Shown: piece by piece, positions 46,830 through 54,269 of the stretch
Numbering within the stretch: the stretch's first letter is position 1
Layout: each line of letters opens with the position of its first letter
Source of the DNA: a virus
Virus record (IMG/VR): IMGVR_UViG_3300046458_000091
Span: 1-64,000 of that record
Reading direction: 5' to 3' (one strand)
Length of the DNA: 64,000 nt
Position numbers and translations under genes: made by a program
Notes under the pieces: generated by a model
What the model saw: only the letters and a program-made list of their open reading frames with translations
Databases searched by the model: none
What the model was told of the DNA's origin: nothing

Positions 46830-46887
46830 GGGGCTTTTCCTTTCAATCTCTGGGGTGATTGAACGCCGTTGACCGGCGCCTGGGGCA

Positions 46888-47652
46888 TTACTTTTTCGCC
46901 GGAGCGGCCAGCAAAGGCAGAGCCCCGTTTGTAATGGCGAGCTGAAGCTTGGCAGGATCAGAAAAGAACGAATCCATGGTCCGGGCCATCGTACAAATTG
47001 CCGTCAACGATTCAGCAAAGAACCGAGCCGCTTCCTCGGTGTATGGCATCGAATCCAGGGAGGCGTAGTTTTTCTTCGTCGTGCACTTGATGAAGTGATT
47101 GAGACGAAACGCCCACTCCATTCCCTTGAGCGGGCCATGGTTTCCGGTATCTGCGTATTCAAACTCTGTTTTAGTACTGTTGGCGCGCTTATGAGTCACA
47201 CGATCAACGACTTCAGCGAATAGACCAATCCCAAACGGGCCGTGAGTATCTTGACTGAATGACAGGCGATTACCGACCTTCGACCACTGACCATCCTTTG
47301 CATTGCTGCCGTTTGGATGGATGGACCCGTCTAAGCACTCCCAGTACGAAACCCGCAGATCGATGTCATAAACAATGACCCGCTCCCGCGTTGTTTCAAC
47401 GCTAAGGTGTTCCTGCATCAGTTTTTGAACGTGACGCTTTGCTGTATCCAGGTCGCGGTGCTCGACGCGCCAGTTCTTCCGTGGCTTGGTGATGGCGATG
47501 TTCGCCGTTCGGGTGAGTACCACATCTGCCAGTTCGTCCGGGATGACGATGGCAAACACTCCTTGTCCATCTACTGAACATTCGGCCACGAACTCCATGA
47601 CCTCCCCTGTTGCATTCTCATGCCTGAAGGGGATTTTCGGCATACTCGCCAT
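46888..47652 (-). CDS. hypothetical protein (lower GC)
   Basis: 254-aa ORF; MPYTEEAA.FF motif. Confidence 0.75.
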   Translation of the reverse strand: MASMPKIPFRHENATGEVMEFVAECSVDGQGVFAIVIPDELADVVLTRTANIAITKPRKNWRVEHRDLDTAKRHVQKLMQEHLSVETTRERVIVYDIDLRVSYWECLDGSIHPNGSNAKDGQWSKVGNRLSFSQDTHGPFGIGLFAEVVDRVTHKRANSTKTEFEYADTGNHGPLKGMEWAFRLNHFIKCTTKKNYASLDSMPYTEEAARFFAESLTAICTMARTMDSFFSDPAKLQLAITNGALPLLAAPAKK

Positions 47653-47727
47653 AATTGGTACTCTCGCAGGTAGTTGTTACTGGAAAAGCCCCAATTAAGG
47701 GGCTTTACAGGGTATATCGGCTGGCGC

Positions 47728-48141
47728 TCAGCGCTTGAAGGCCTCAGCGGCGTGCAGCTCGGCCAGATCCTTGCGTACGGCAGCGATATAGCGAGGATTG
47801 TCAGGATGGGTTGCAATCAGCCGTTCATATTCGGCGCGTTCGTGAGCCATGTGGGCCTTGGCGAATTCCAGCGCCATCGCGTGGGCCTCTTCGTCGGCCA
47901 GATCGGGCAAGGTGATGGCGGTGCGCTGGCGCGTAATTTCTGCTCCAGCCCAAACTTGTGTCCAAGTGACGTCAGCACCTGGATGGAAGTGGCGACCCAT
48001 CATCACGCCGGTATCTGCATTCACCAGCGTCATCTGCTTAACGCCACACGACATAACCACTGCGCGGGTATAGCTCCAGGTGCCTTTGCTGTCCCAGTCG
48101 CTGAAGTGGATAACAATCTGTCCTTTCTTGAACGCTTTCAT
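47728..48141 (-). CDS. hypothetical protein (MKAFKKGQ...)
   Basis: GGGGA RBS; start trimmed. Confidence 0.7.
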   Translation of the reverse strand: MKAFKKGQIVIHFSDWDSKGTWSYTRAVVMSCGVKQMTLVNADTGVMMGRHFHPGADVTWTQVWAGAEITRQRTAITLPDLADEEAHAMALEFAKAHMAHERAEYERLIATHPDNPRYIAAVRKDLAELHAAEAFKR

Positions 48142-48232
48142 GCTTGCTTCCCCGCTGATGGTGTCCGGCAGCCCTGCTGAGCCCTGTACTGGCAAAGCCC
48201 CAGTTAAGGGGCTGACGCATCTGACCTGTCGG

Positions 48233-48649
48233 TTACCGAAGGCCAACCAGCTTTGCCAGGCTGACCTGCTGTTCTTTGATCCATTCGTCACGCTTGCCGC
48301 CGTTGACTTCCTCCACCACCACCTGCCAATCGGTTGATGCTCTCCACTTGCGGGCCACGGCATCAGCGCCAACCGCACTGCTCGACCAGCCGACATAACC
48401 CCATTCCGACTCAGTAGGCTTTTTGAACAGGACGATATGGGTGTAAGCGTTTTTGCTGTTACGGGTTACGAGCTGGCCGCCTGGCAGCATGTGGGTGAAC
48501 AAGGTGGGCTTGACCTTTGGGGCTTCTACCTTTGTGTAATGAACGTCGTAGTAGCCAGTGCCTGCGTACTCAATGCGGGTTTCGCCAACGCACTTATCAG
48601 CGAATTTCTTGGCAGACTTCTGATTTGCGCAGCGTTTGGTGGCGTTCAT
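48233..48649 (-). CDS. hypothetical protein, first gene of accessory operon A
   Basis: GGAG RBS; start trimmed to MNATKR. Confidence 0.7.
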   Translation of the reverse strand: MNATKRCANQKSAKKFADKCVGETRIEYAGTGYYDVHYTKVEAPKVKPTLFTHMLPGGQLVTRNSKNAYTHIVLFKKPTESEWGYVGWSSSAVGADAVARKWRASTDWQVVVEEVNGGKRDEWIKEQQVSLAKLVGLR

Positions 48650-48686
48650 TTCAGCTTGCTCCGGCGTTGTCCGTTTCGATGGGCTC

Positions 48687-48728
48687 AATATAGGTAATAT
48701 TTACCTAAAGTACAAGCTTTTATTCAGG
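48687..48728 (-). promoter_or_regulatory. sigma70 promoter with palindromic operator (copy of 44441-44482)
   Basis: cctgaataaaagc-TTGTAC-tttaggtaaatattacc-TATATT. Confidence 0.85.
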
Positions 48729-48732
48729 TCAA

Positions 48733-48757
48733 CAAAAAGCCCGCACGCGGCGGGCTT
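48733..48757 (-). terminator. rho-independent terminator after darA
   Basis: Same hairpin as 42441-42464. Confidence 0.8.
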
Positions 48758-48778
48758 CGTCATCATCTTGCCGAACAG

Positions 48779-50806
48779 TCAGAAAGTGCCAGCCGTGGCC
48801 TTGAGCGCATAGGTGGCATAGGCGTCTGAGGCCTCGATAAACAGCTCTCGCAGCTCGCCCTCCCCGTAGGCTGCATAGATGCGTTCCATCTCCTTGAGCA
48901 CGTCCGCAGGCGCGCCCAGATCGGTGGAACCTTCAATGATGCTGTCCAGGTACTCTTTTGCCTTCTGCACTTGCTCATCCTCGGTTGGGTCTGGTGGTGG
49001 TTGTACCGCTTCAGGTTGCGGCGGTGGTTGATCGGTCTCCGGCTCCGACGTTGCCGCCTGGCGCACGGCTTCGGCCGCCTCCTGGGGCGTCTTGCCATCG
49101 GCGAACAGCTGGCCGGTCAATGCTTCTTGAGTCATGGCCACGGCCTGGGCGTCACCATCGGACGCCTCCAGCAGTTCGGCCAGGGTCTGGATAAAGGCCT
49201 CATCCCACGCCGGGCGCAGCAACACAGGCGCGGGCTCTGGCACTTCAGGTGCAGTCTGTTGCTGATCGGCCAGGGCTTTGGCGTCCGCTTCTGCCTTCGC
49301 ATCCACAGCGGCCAGCCCAGCGCCATCCGTACCGGCCTTGGCCGCCCGCACCAGCGCCCCGCCCACGTCGGCCATGATTTCGGCCTTGGTGACGGCTGCC
49401 GCGTCCAGCTTGAACCCGGCCTTGGTCAGCAGCTCGCGCAGGTCATCCTGGCTGTCGATGCCCTCAATCACCTTGAGCGCGGCGTCGATATCGCCAGCCT
49501 TCAGGCCGTCCGTGAATTTGGCCAGGTCGTCGCGGGTATCTTCCGGTGGCGGTGGCTCGGGGAATAAGCCCGGCTCACCACCTGGCGGCGTGGCCTTTTT
49601 CTTCTCCAGCTGGGCGGTCAGGTCAACAATCTGAGCGTCCAGGTCGGCCAACTGGGCGGTTTTGCTGTCTACGGCCGCCTTCGCCTCAGCCAGCGCCGCG
49701 TCGTCAGCGGCCTTGTTCTCGTTGGCCTTACCGAACTTCGCGCTGTTCTTCTGCACCAGCGCCATGATGCGCCGGGCAACGATACGCGGGTTCAGATCCT
49801 GGCCGCGCTCGGGCGCCACGGTGGCGGTAATGTCCCGCTTGTTCAGTACCCATTTCCAGCTGATCAGTTCATCACTGGCCATGAGCTTGTTCGGCGTGCT
49901 GTCCGGGTTGTGGAAGAACACCGACACGCTCTGGCCGTCATCCATGGAGAACAGCATGCCCACCTGGGTGGTGCCACGGCTCTTGAATGGCTTGCTGACA
50001 TCGACGCTTTCCGCCTTCACGTCGCCGCCCACGTTCTGCATCACGCGCAGCAGCTGGGAGGCCTTGCGGTCGAACTGCTTGTACTCGATCACCATGGCAT
50101 CCAGCATGCCGTCGTCGCTCAACTCCTGGGCGATGTCATCCATGGTGGCGCTGTCCATCATCAGGCTGTCGGCGTCATTGCGGCGCAGCTCGTACAGCAG
50201 GTCCGCTACGGTGGTGTCTACCGGCAGGTTGTCGGCGCCCCAGCGCGCGAATACGTCAGTCATGCTCAAGGTCTCATCTTTGGGGATATTGGGGAGGTCG
50301 GCGCTCAGTGGCTGGCTGAGGTCGCCATGCTTGAGCCAGTACTTGAACTGGGTGACGGTGCAGGCAGTCATGCTGCCCAGGCCTTGCCACCCGCGTTCAT
50401 AGGAATTCATGTAGGCGTTGCGGGCCTGTTCCTCATCCATGAACCCAAGCATTACCTTGTGCTCATCAAACGAGCCGTCAGCGGCATTCTGGTTGACCAC
50501 GTACACGGCCTGGCTCTCTGGCGCCGGGCCAACGTAGATGTCCACCGCGTCACCGTCCGCGCCCTTGGTGCCGTTCACATACCCGTAATGCGCCATACAG
50601 GTGATTGACCACGCCTTACCGTCGCTCTTGCCACGGCGCGGCTGGTGCATCGGTGTCTCGATGGTGATGCGCATCCCGTGGAGCTGCGTGGAGCCCTTGG
50701 CATAGTTACCGGCCCGGATCTGCTCCGGCGTCGGTTCAGCGGTTGACCCCAAGCCGAACGCGCCCGCGTGTGCGGCACTTTGAAGATTGCTAAAAATGTC
50801 GGTCAT
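48779..50806 (-). CDS. darA: DarA-like antirestriction virion protein with N-terminal inorganic-pyrophosphatase-like domain
   Basis: N-terminal AGNY.KG...HYGY..GT.GADGD.VD...FDEHKVMLGF; DarA core DGQSVS.FFHNPD.TP.K....ELISWKW.LNK.DIT..VAPERG. Confidence 0.88.
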   Translation of the reverse strand: MTDIFSNLQSAAHAGAFGLGSTAEPTPEQIRAGNYAKGSTQLHGMRITIETPMHQPRRGKSDGKAWSITCMAHYGYVNGTKGADGDAVDIYVGPAPESQAVYVVNQNAADGSFDEHKVMLGFMDEEQARNAYMNSYERGWQGLGSMTACTVTQFKYWLKHGDLSQPLSADLPNIPKDETLSMTDVFARWGADNLPVDTTVADLLYELRRNDADSLMMDSATMDDIAQELSDDGMLDAMVIEYKQFDRKASQLLRVMQNVGGDVKAESVDVSKPFKSRGTTQVGMLFSMDDGQSVSVFFHNPDSTPNKLMASDELISWKWVLNKRDITATVAPERGQDLNPRIVARRIMALVQKNSAKFGKANENKAADDAALAEAKAAVDSKTAQLADLDAQIVDLTAQLEKKKATPPGGEPGLFPEPPPPEDTRDDLAKFTDGLKAGDIDAALKVIEGIDSQDDLRELLTKAGFKLDAAAVTKAEIMADVGGALVRAAKAGTDGAGLAAVDAKAEADAKALADQQQTAPEVPEPAPVLLRPAWDEAFIQTLAELLEASDGDAQAVAMTQEALTGQLFADGKTPQEAAEAVRQAATSEPETDQPPPQPEAVQPPPDPTEDEQVQKAKEYLDSIIEGSTDLGAPADVLKEMERIYAAYGEGELRELFIEASDAYATYALKATAGTF

Positions 50807-50832
50807 CGGACCCGCTCCATCCTAAAGCCGCA

Positions 50833-50873
50833 ACGATACCGCTGCATTCCCTGCCCTACCCCCGAGGGTTTGC
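50833..50873 (-). promoter_or_regulatory. late promoter (darA): GCAAAC-N29-TATCGT
   Basis: Motif with fixed spacing. Confidence 0.75.
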
Positions 50874-50889
50874 GCCGAATCACAGGCAC

Positions 50890-50914
50890 AAAAAAGGGCG
50901 CCACGCAGCGCCCT
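50890..50914 (-). terminator. terminator after the par operon
   Basis: AGGGCG..CGCCCT hairpin with a T-run. Confidence 0.65.
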
Positions 50915-50935
50915 GGGGTGCTTCGTCAGCTTGGA

Positions 50936-51232
50936 TCAGATCGACAACGGTGCTTCGTCGATCAGAGCGCCAATGATTTCCGACATCGTGCGGCCACGGT
51001 CAGCCGCCAGGAAGCGCAGTTTCTTTTTCTGCGCCGCACTGATGTACGTCTGGATACGCTCTTTGGCCCCCAGCTCCTTGACGCCTTGGTCTTTAACTTC
51101 CTTCACAGCCGACAAGGCCTTGGTGGCCACGGCGCCCAGAGCAGGCGCGGCGGGCTTTTTCTCGGGCGCGATTGCTGGCGTAGCGGGGGCGGGGGTCGGC
51201 TTGGAACGGTCTCGCAGTTTGATTCCGGTCAT
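50936..51232 (-). CDS. ParG-like ribbon-helix-helix centromere-binding protein (type Ib partition)
   Basis: Flexible N-terminus, then RIQTYIS....KKLRFLAA..GRTMSEII..LI; downstream of parA. Confidence 0.8.
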   Translation of the reverse strand: MTGIKLRDRSKPTPAPATPAIAPEKKPAAPALGAVATKALSAVKEVKDQGVKELGAKERIQTYISAAQKKKLRFLAADRGRTMSEIIGALIDEAPLSI

Positions 51233-51248
51233 GACTCACCTGATAAAT

Positions 51249-51299
51249 TAGAGTTAAGAAGTTAAACACACTTTAACTCATTAACTCTTTTAACTCCAA
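51249..51299. repeat. AACTCtww octamer array (site 8), between parA and the parG-like gene
   Basis: tagagtt aagaagtt ... aactcatt aactcttt t aactccaa. Confidence 0.8.
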
Positions 51300-51300
51300 A

Positions 51301-51939
51301 TCACCGACCCAGCAGGGCCAGCACCTCAGCTTTCAGCTGACGCAGCTCGGATGCCGCAGCACAACGCGGGCGAGTATCCAGGGGCGTGCGGCCAATGGCT
51401 TGGGCCTTGGGGTGTTCCTGGCGAAAAGTGAGTGCGGTCTTCAGAACTGGGAGGTTGTAGCCCGCCAACGTTTCGGCAACCGTGTTGCTTAGGGTGGCGC
51501 CCTTAACTGAGCGCGTAATCAGGAAAACCGCCTGTAGCGTCTTGCCTGTGCCTTCCAGTTCCGCCTGCCGGGCTTCGATCATGTCCACCAGATCAGCGCA
51601 CGCCCACACGTCAAAGGGCGCAGGGGACACGGGGATAATCACCAGATCAGCAACCGCCAGCGTCAATTGAGTGAGTTTTGCCGCCTTGGCCAGGCCGTCA
51701 ACAATCACCAGATCGTTGTGCAGCTTGGGGATTTCAGCGACCAGCTGGGACTGCTTGATAGAGAACACGGTCATTGGCTGCTCTTCGTGCGCCTCGCTCC
51801 ACTCACGCAGGCTGCCCTGTACGTCCGAATCGACCAGAACCACGTCCAGGCCATCCAGCGCCATGGCGCGGCCCAGGCCCGTGACTGTGGTGGTTTTGCC
51901 TGCGCCGCCCTTGGGGTTCAACACCGCCATTACCGTCAT
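51301..51939 (-). CDS. parA: short Walker-type partition ATPase (ParA/ParF)
   Basis: LNPKGGAGKTT, VDSDVQGS, VIVDG, ADLVIIPV.P...D. Confidence 0.95.
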   Translation of the reverse strand: MTVMAVLNPKGGAGKTTTVTGLGRAMALDGLDVVLVDSDVQGSLREWSEAHEEQPMTVFSIKQSQLVAEIPKLHNDLVIVDGLAKAAKLTQLTLAVADLVIIPVSPAPFDVWACADLVDMIEARQAELEGTGKTLQAVFLITRSVKGATLSNTVAETLAGYNLPVLKTALTFRQEHPKAQAIGRTPLDTRPRCAAASELRQLKAEVLALLGR

Positions 51940-51977
51940 CTGAAACATCCTTTTGATATATGGGTTCGGCGCAGTGT

Positions 51978-52049
51978 AACTCTAAAACTCTAAAACTCAA
52001 TACCTCTAAAACTCCTTAACTCATAAACTCTAAAACTCTTTAACTCCAG
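51978..52049. repeat. main centromere/operator: nine tandem AACTCtww octamers upstream of parA (site 9)
   Basis: aactctaa aactctaa aactcaat acctctaa aactcctt aactcata aactctaa aactcttt aactccag. Confidence 0.9.
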
Positions 52050-52056
52050 ACAGGCA

Positions 52057-52082
52057 CAAAAAAGCCCCGGAATACGGGGCTT
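52057..52082 (-). terminator. rho-independent terminator
   Basis: AAGCCCCG..CGGGGCTT with a T-run. Confidence 0.75.
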
Positions 52083-52099
52083 CGGGGCACAGCGGATGC

Positions 52100-52363
52100 T
52101 TACCGACTGACGATTCGTCTGTCCAAATCCGGCGCGACTTTCTTCGGGCATGGCTTGGATGGGTCTTTGGGCCAGGACCCATCGGCGACCATCTCACAAT
52201 AAAACTTCTGATCAGAGACCGCCTGATCGTAGTCGCTGCCGCCGACCCAGCCACAGAGGGCCAGGTACAAACCAGCGACCACAAGGGCAGAGATCCCCAC
52301 AACCTTACGATTAATCCTCAGTTCTTCCGTCGTCATGTCTTCACACCTTTGAGTGGTTGTCAT
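52100..52363 (-). CDS. small membrane-anchored periplasmic protein
   Basis: TM helix then DY......YCEMV.DG.WP. Confidence 0.7.
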   Translation of the reverse strand: MTTTQRCEDMTTEELRINRKVVGISALVVAGLYLALCGWVGGSDYDQAVSDQKFYCEMVADGSWPKDPSKPCPKKVAPDLDRRIVSR

Positions 52364-52409
52364 AAGCTGACGGAGCGAACATTATCATTTTGTTTATTTT
52401 ACGCAACTA

Positions 52410-52430
52410 CAAAACATCATTTTGATGTAT
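52410..52430. promoter_or_regulatory. operator-like site (inverted near-copy of 19375-19395)
   Basis: CAAAACATCATTTTGATGTAT in a divergent AT-rich gap. Confidence 0.7.
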
Positions 52431-52448
52431 TTAATCGGAGACAGCACG

Positions 52449-52931
52449 ATGTCAGATACCCCGGCAGGGATGAAAATAATGGTCACGGTAGGCGGTTACG
52501 GTGGCGCAGGTGCTGAGCCGATCACCCTCACAGCCTTTAAAAACAATGCATTAGGGACGACGGTCATCCTGGGCAAGGTTGGGTATAGGGATATACCAGA
52601 CGAAGGCTTTGCCTTTGTCACGAATCTGCGCCTGGCGAACTACGACAGTCTGTTCCGGGACGAAGACATGGGCGCCGCCATCGTGGCGTTCAAAGAGGGC
52701 GAAGGGATGGGCACGATCCTGTTCGACGACGAAGCGATGAAGTACCGCCCCCGGATCGAAATCGACGGCGTGGACACGAAGGGTCAGAAATACCGGCTGG
52801 GCGGGGATATGACGAACGGGGAGATTGCTGTGCTGGCGCTGGCGCATTTCCTCTCGCGCCAGCGCTCCATGAGTGCCGTCTTCAACATGAGCGACGAACT
52901 CATGCGGGTGTATCAGATCAGGTCGATTTAG
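52449..52931 (+). CDS. hypothetical protein
   Basis: GGAG RBS; fills the gap, convergent with hdf. Confidence 0.75.
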   Translation: MSDTPAGMKIMVTVGGYGGAGAEPITLTAFKNNALGTTVILGKVGYRDIPDEGFAFVTNLRLANYDSLFRDEDMGAAIVAFKEGEGMGTILFDDEAMKYRPRIEIDGVDTKGQKYRLGGDMTNGEIAVLALAHFLSRQRSMSAVFNMSDELMRVYQIRSI

Positions 52932-54139
52932 TCCTGGGCAGCGAAAGGGACCCCATACGGGTCGTACCCGGCATCCTCAAGCGCTGACCGGCCAGCATTC
53001 GTGAGCATATACAGACCCTCGGTGGTCTCCACCAGACCCAGCGCCAGCAGCTGAGCCAGCGCAGCCTGATCCTTGATTTCTTCAGCGTCGGCGGCCGAAA
53101 TCACAGCGATGCTGACCAGCTCAGCCAGACCGGCGTCACTCAGACCCGTGTCGGCGCTGTCCAGCATCGCAATGGCGGTCTTGAACGACAGCGCAAGGTT
53201 GCGCTCCAGGGCGGCCTGATCAAGGTTGCCCTCAGATTCGTTGATTGGGGCGTTGTTCTCCACCACGGCCAGGGCCTGGCGCAGCTGCTCGACAGCGCCA
53301 GCGGTGGCCAGGCTATCCAGCATCACCGGATCTGCCGTGACGATATCCCGCGCCGCGACGTAGGCCGCAGCCACCACCAGTTCAGCCGGTTGCTCTGGTA
53401 CGTCCGCGACCTGGCCCCCGTCGATGCTATCCAGGAGCGCCGCCGCAGCCTTACCGGCAGCATTGAGCACGTTCGCCCCTTCGTCGGTGTAGCGGTCAAC
53501 CCAGCCCAACTCAATCAGGTCATCACGCCCCGCCTTGCTGGGAATGTCCCCGTCATCCAACGGCCCCATCTCTGCCAAGGCGCGCAACACGTCCTTGGCC
53601 GCATCGTTCAGTTCTGCCGGTGCCTTCGCCTGCGGCTCCATACTGTCGGTCATGGCGCCCAGCTGCTGCTGGAGATCGGCCACGGTCGCTGCACGGTCGG
53701 CAATCTGGGTGTCCAGCTGCGCCAGGCGCTCCGCGTAGACCTGGGACTGTTTGGGCTTCGTCGTGCGCATGCCCCGGGGCAGCTCAATCTGTTTGCGCGC
53801 CTGGGCCTTCTGGAATGCAGCTTGGTTTCGCTCAGCCAGGGCCGCGATTTCAGCCACGGCCGCCGCGCTGTCGGTCTGGTTCTTCAGTGGCACCGCGTTG
53901 CCGTTCAGCGTGACCTGGAAGATATCGCCGGTAGCATTCACACGCAGCACCACCACCTGGCCGCTCGCCAGCGTCAAGGTGGCCTCGCGGTAGGTCACGC
54001 CCGATACGCGGCGCTTCTTGTCGTTGAACTCATACCCGGCCACGGCCTGGCCTGCTCTGATCATCAGTTGGCTGACTTTCTTGAGGGCCTTGTCTGCGGC
54101 CTGTGCGCTGGAGAAATCAAGCGTATTCGTTGCTGGCAT
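52928..54139 (-). CDS. hdf: Hdf-like virion protein with extended modular C-terminus
   Basis: KKRRVSGV.......LASGQ.V...V..TGDIFQV.LNG...P (DarA-N/Hdf fold). Confidence 0.75.
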   Translation of the reverse strand: MPATNTLDFSSAQAADKALKKVSQLMIRAGQAVAGYEFNDKKRRVSGVTYREATLTLASGQVVVLRVNATGDIFQVTLNGNAVPLKNQTDSAAAVAEIAALAERNQAAFQKAQARKQIELPRGMRTTKPKQSQVYAERLAQLDTQIADRAATVADLQQQLGAMTDSMEPQAKAPAELNDAAKDVLRALAEMGPLDDGDIPSKAGRDDLIELGWVDRYTDEGANVLNAAGKAAAALLDSIDGGQVADVPEQPAELVVAAAYVAARDIVTADPVMLDSLATAGAVEQLRQALAVVENNAPINESEGNLDQAALERNLALSFKTAIAMLDSADTGLSDAGLAELVSIAVISAADAEEIKDQAALAQLLALGLVETTEGLYMLTNAGRSALEDAGYDPYGVPFAAQD

Positions 54140-54172
54140 GGCTGCCCCCGATTATTGAAAACAATGGCGTTC

Positions 54173-54213
54173 ATTGTGACCCATCGGTAGGCACTCCCTG
54201 TTTTTGGCTTTGC
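54173..54213 (-). promoter_or_regulatory. late promoter (hdf): GCAAAG-N29-CACAAT
   Basis: Motif with fixed spacing. Confidence 0.75.
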
Positions 54214-54269
54214 GTCGTCCTGCACGCCGCACAATCACCACCGGCAAGGTGCCACGGGCTACCGGCACG

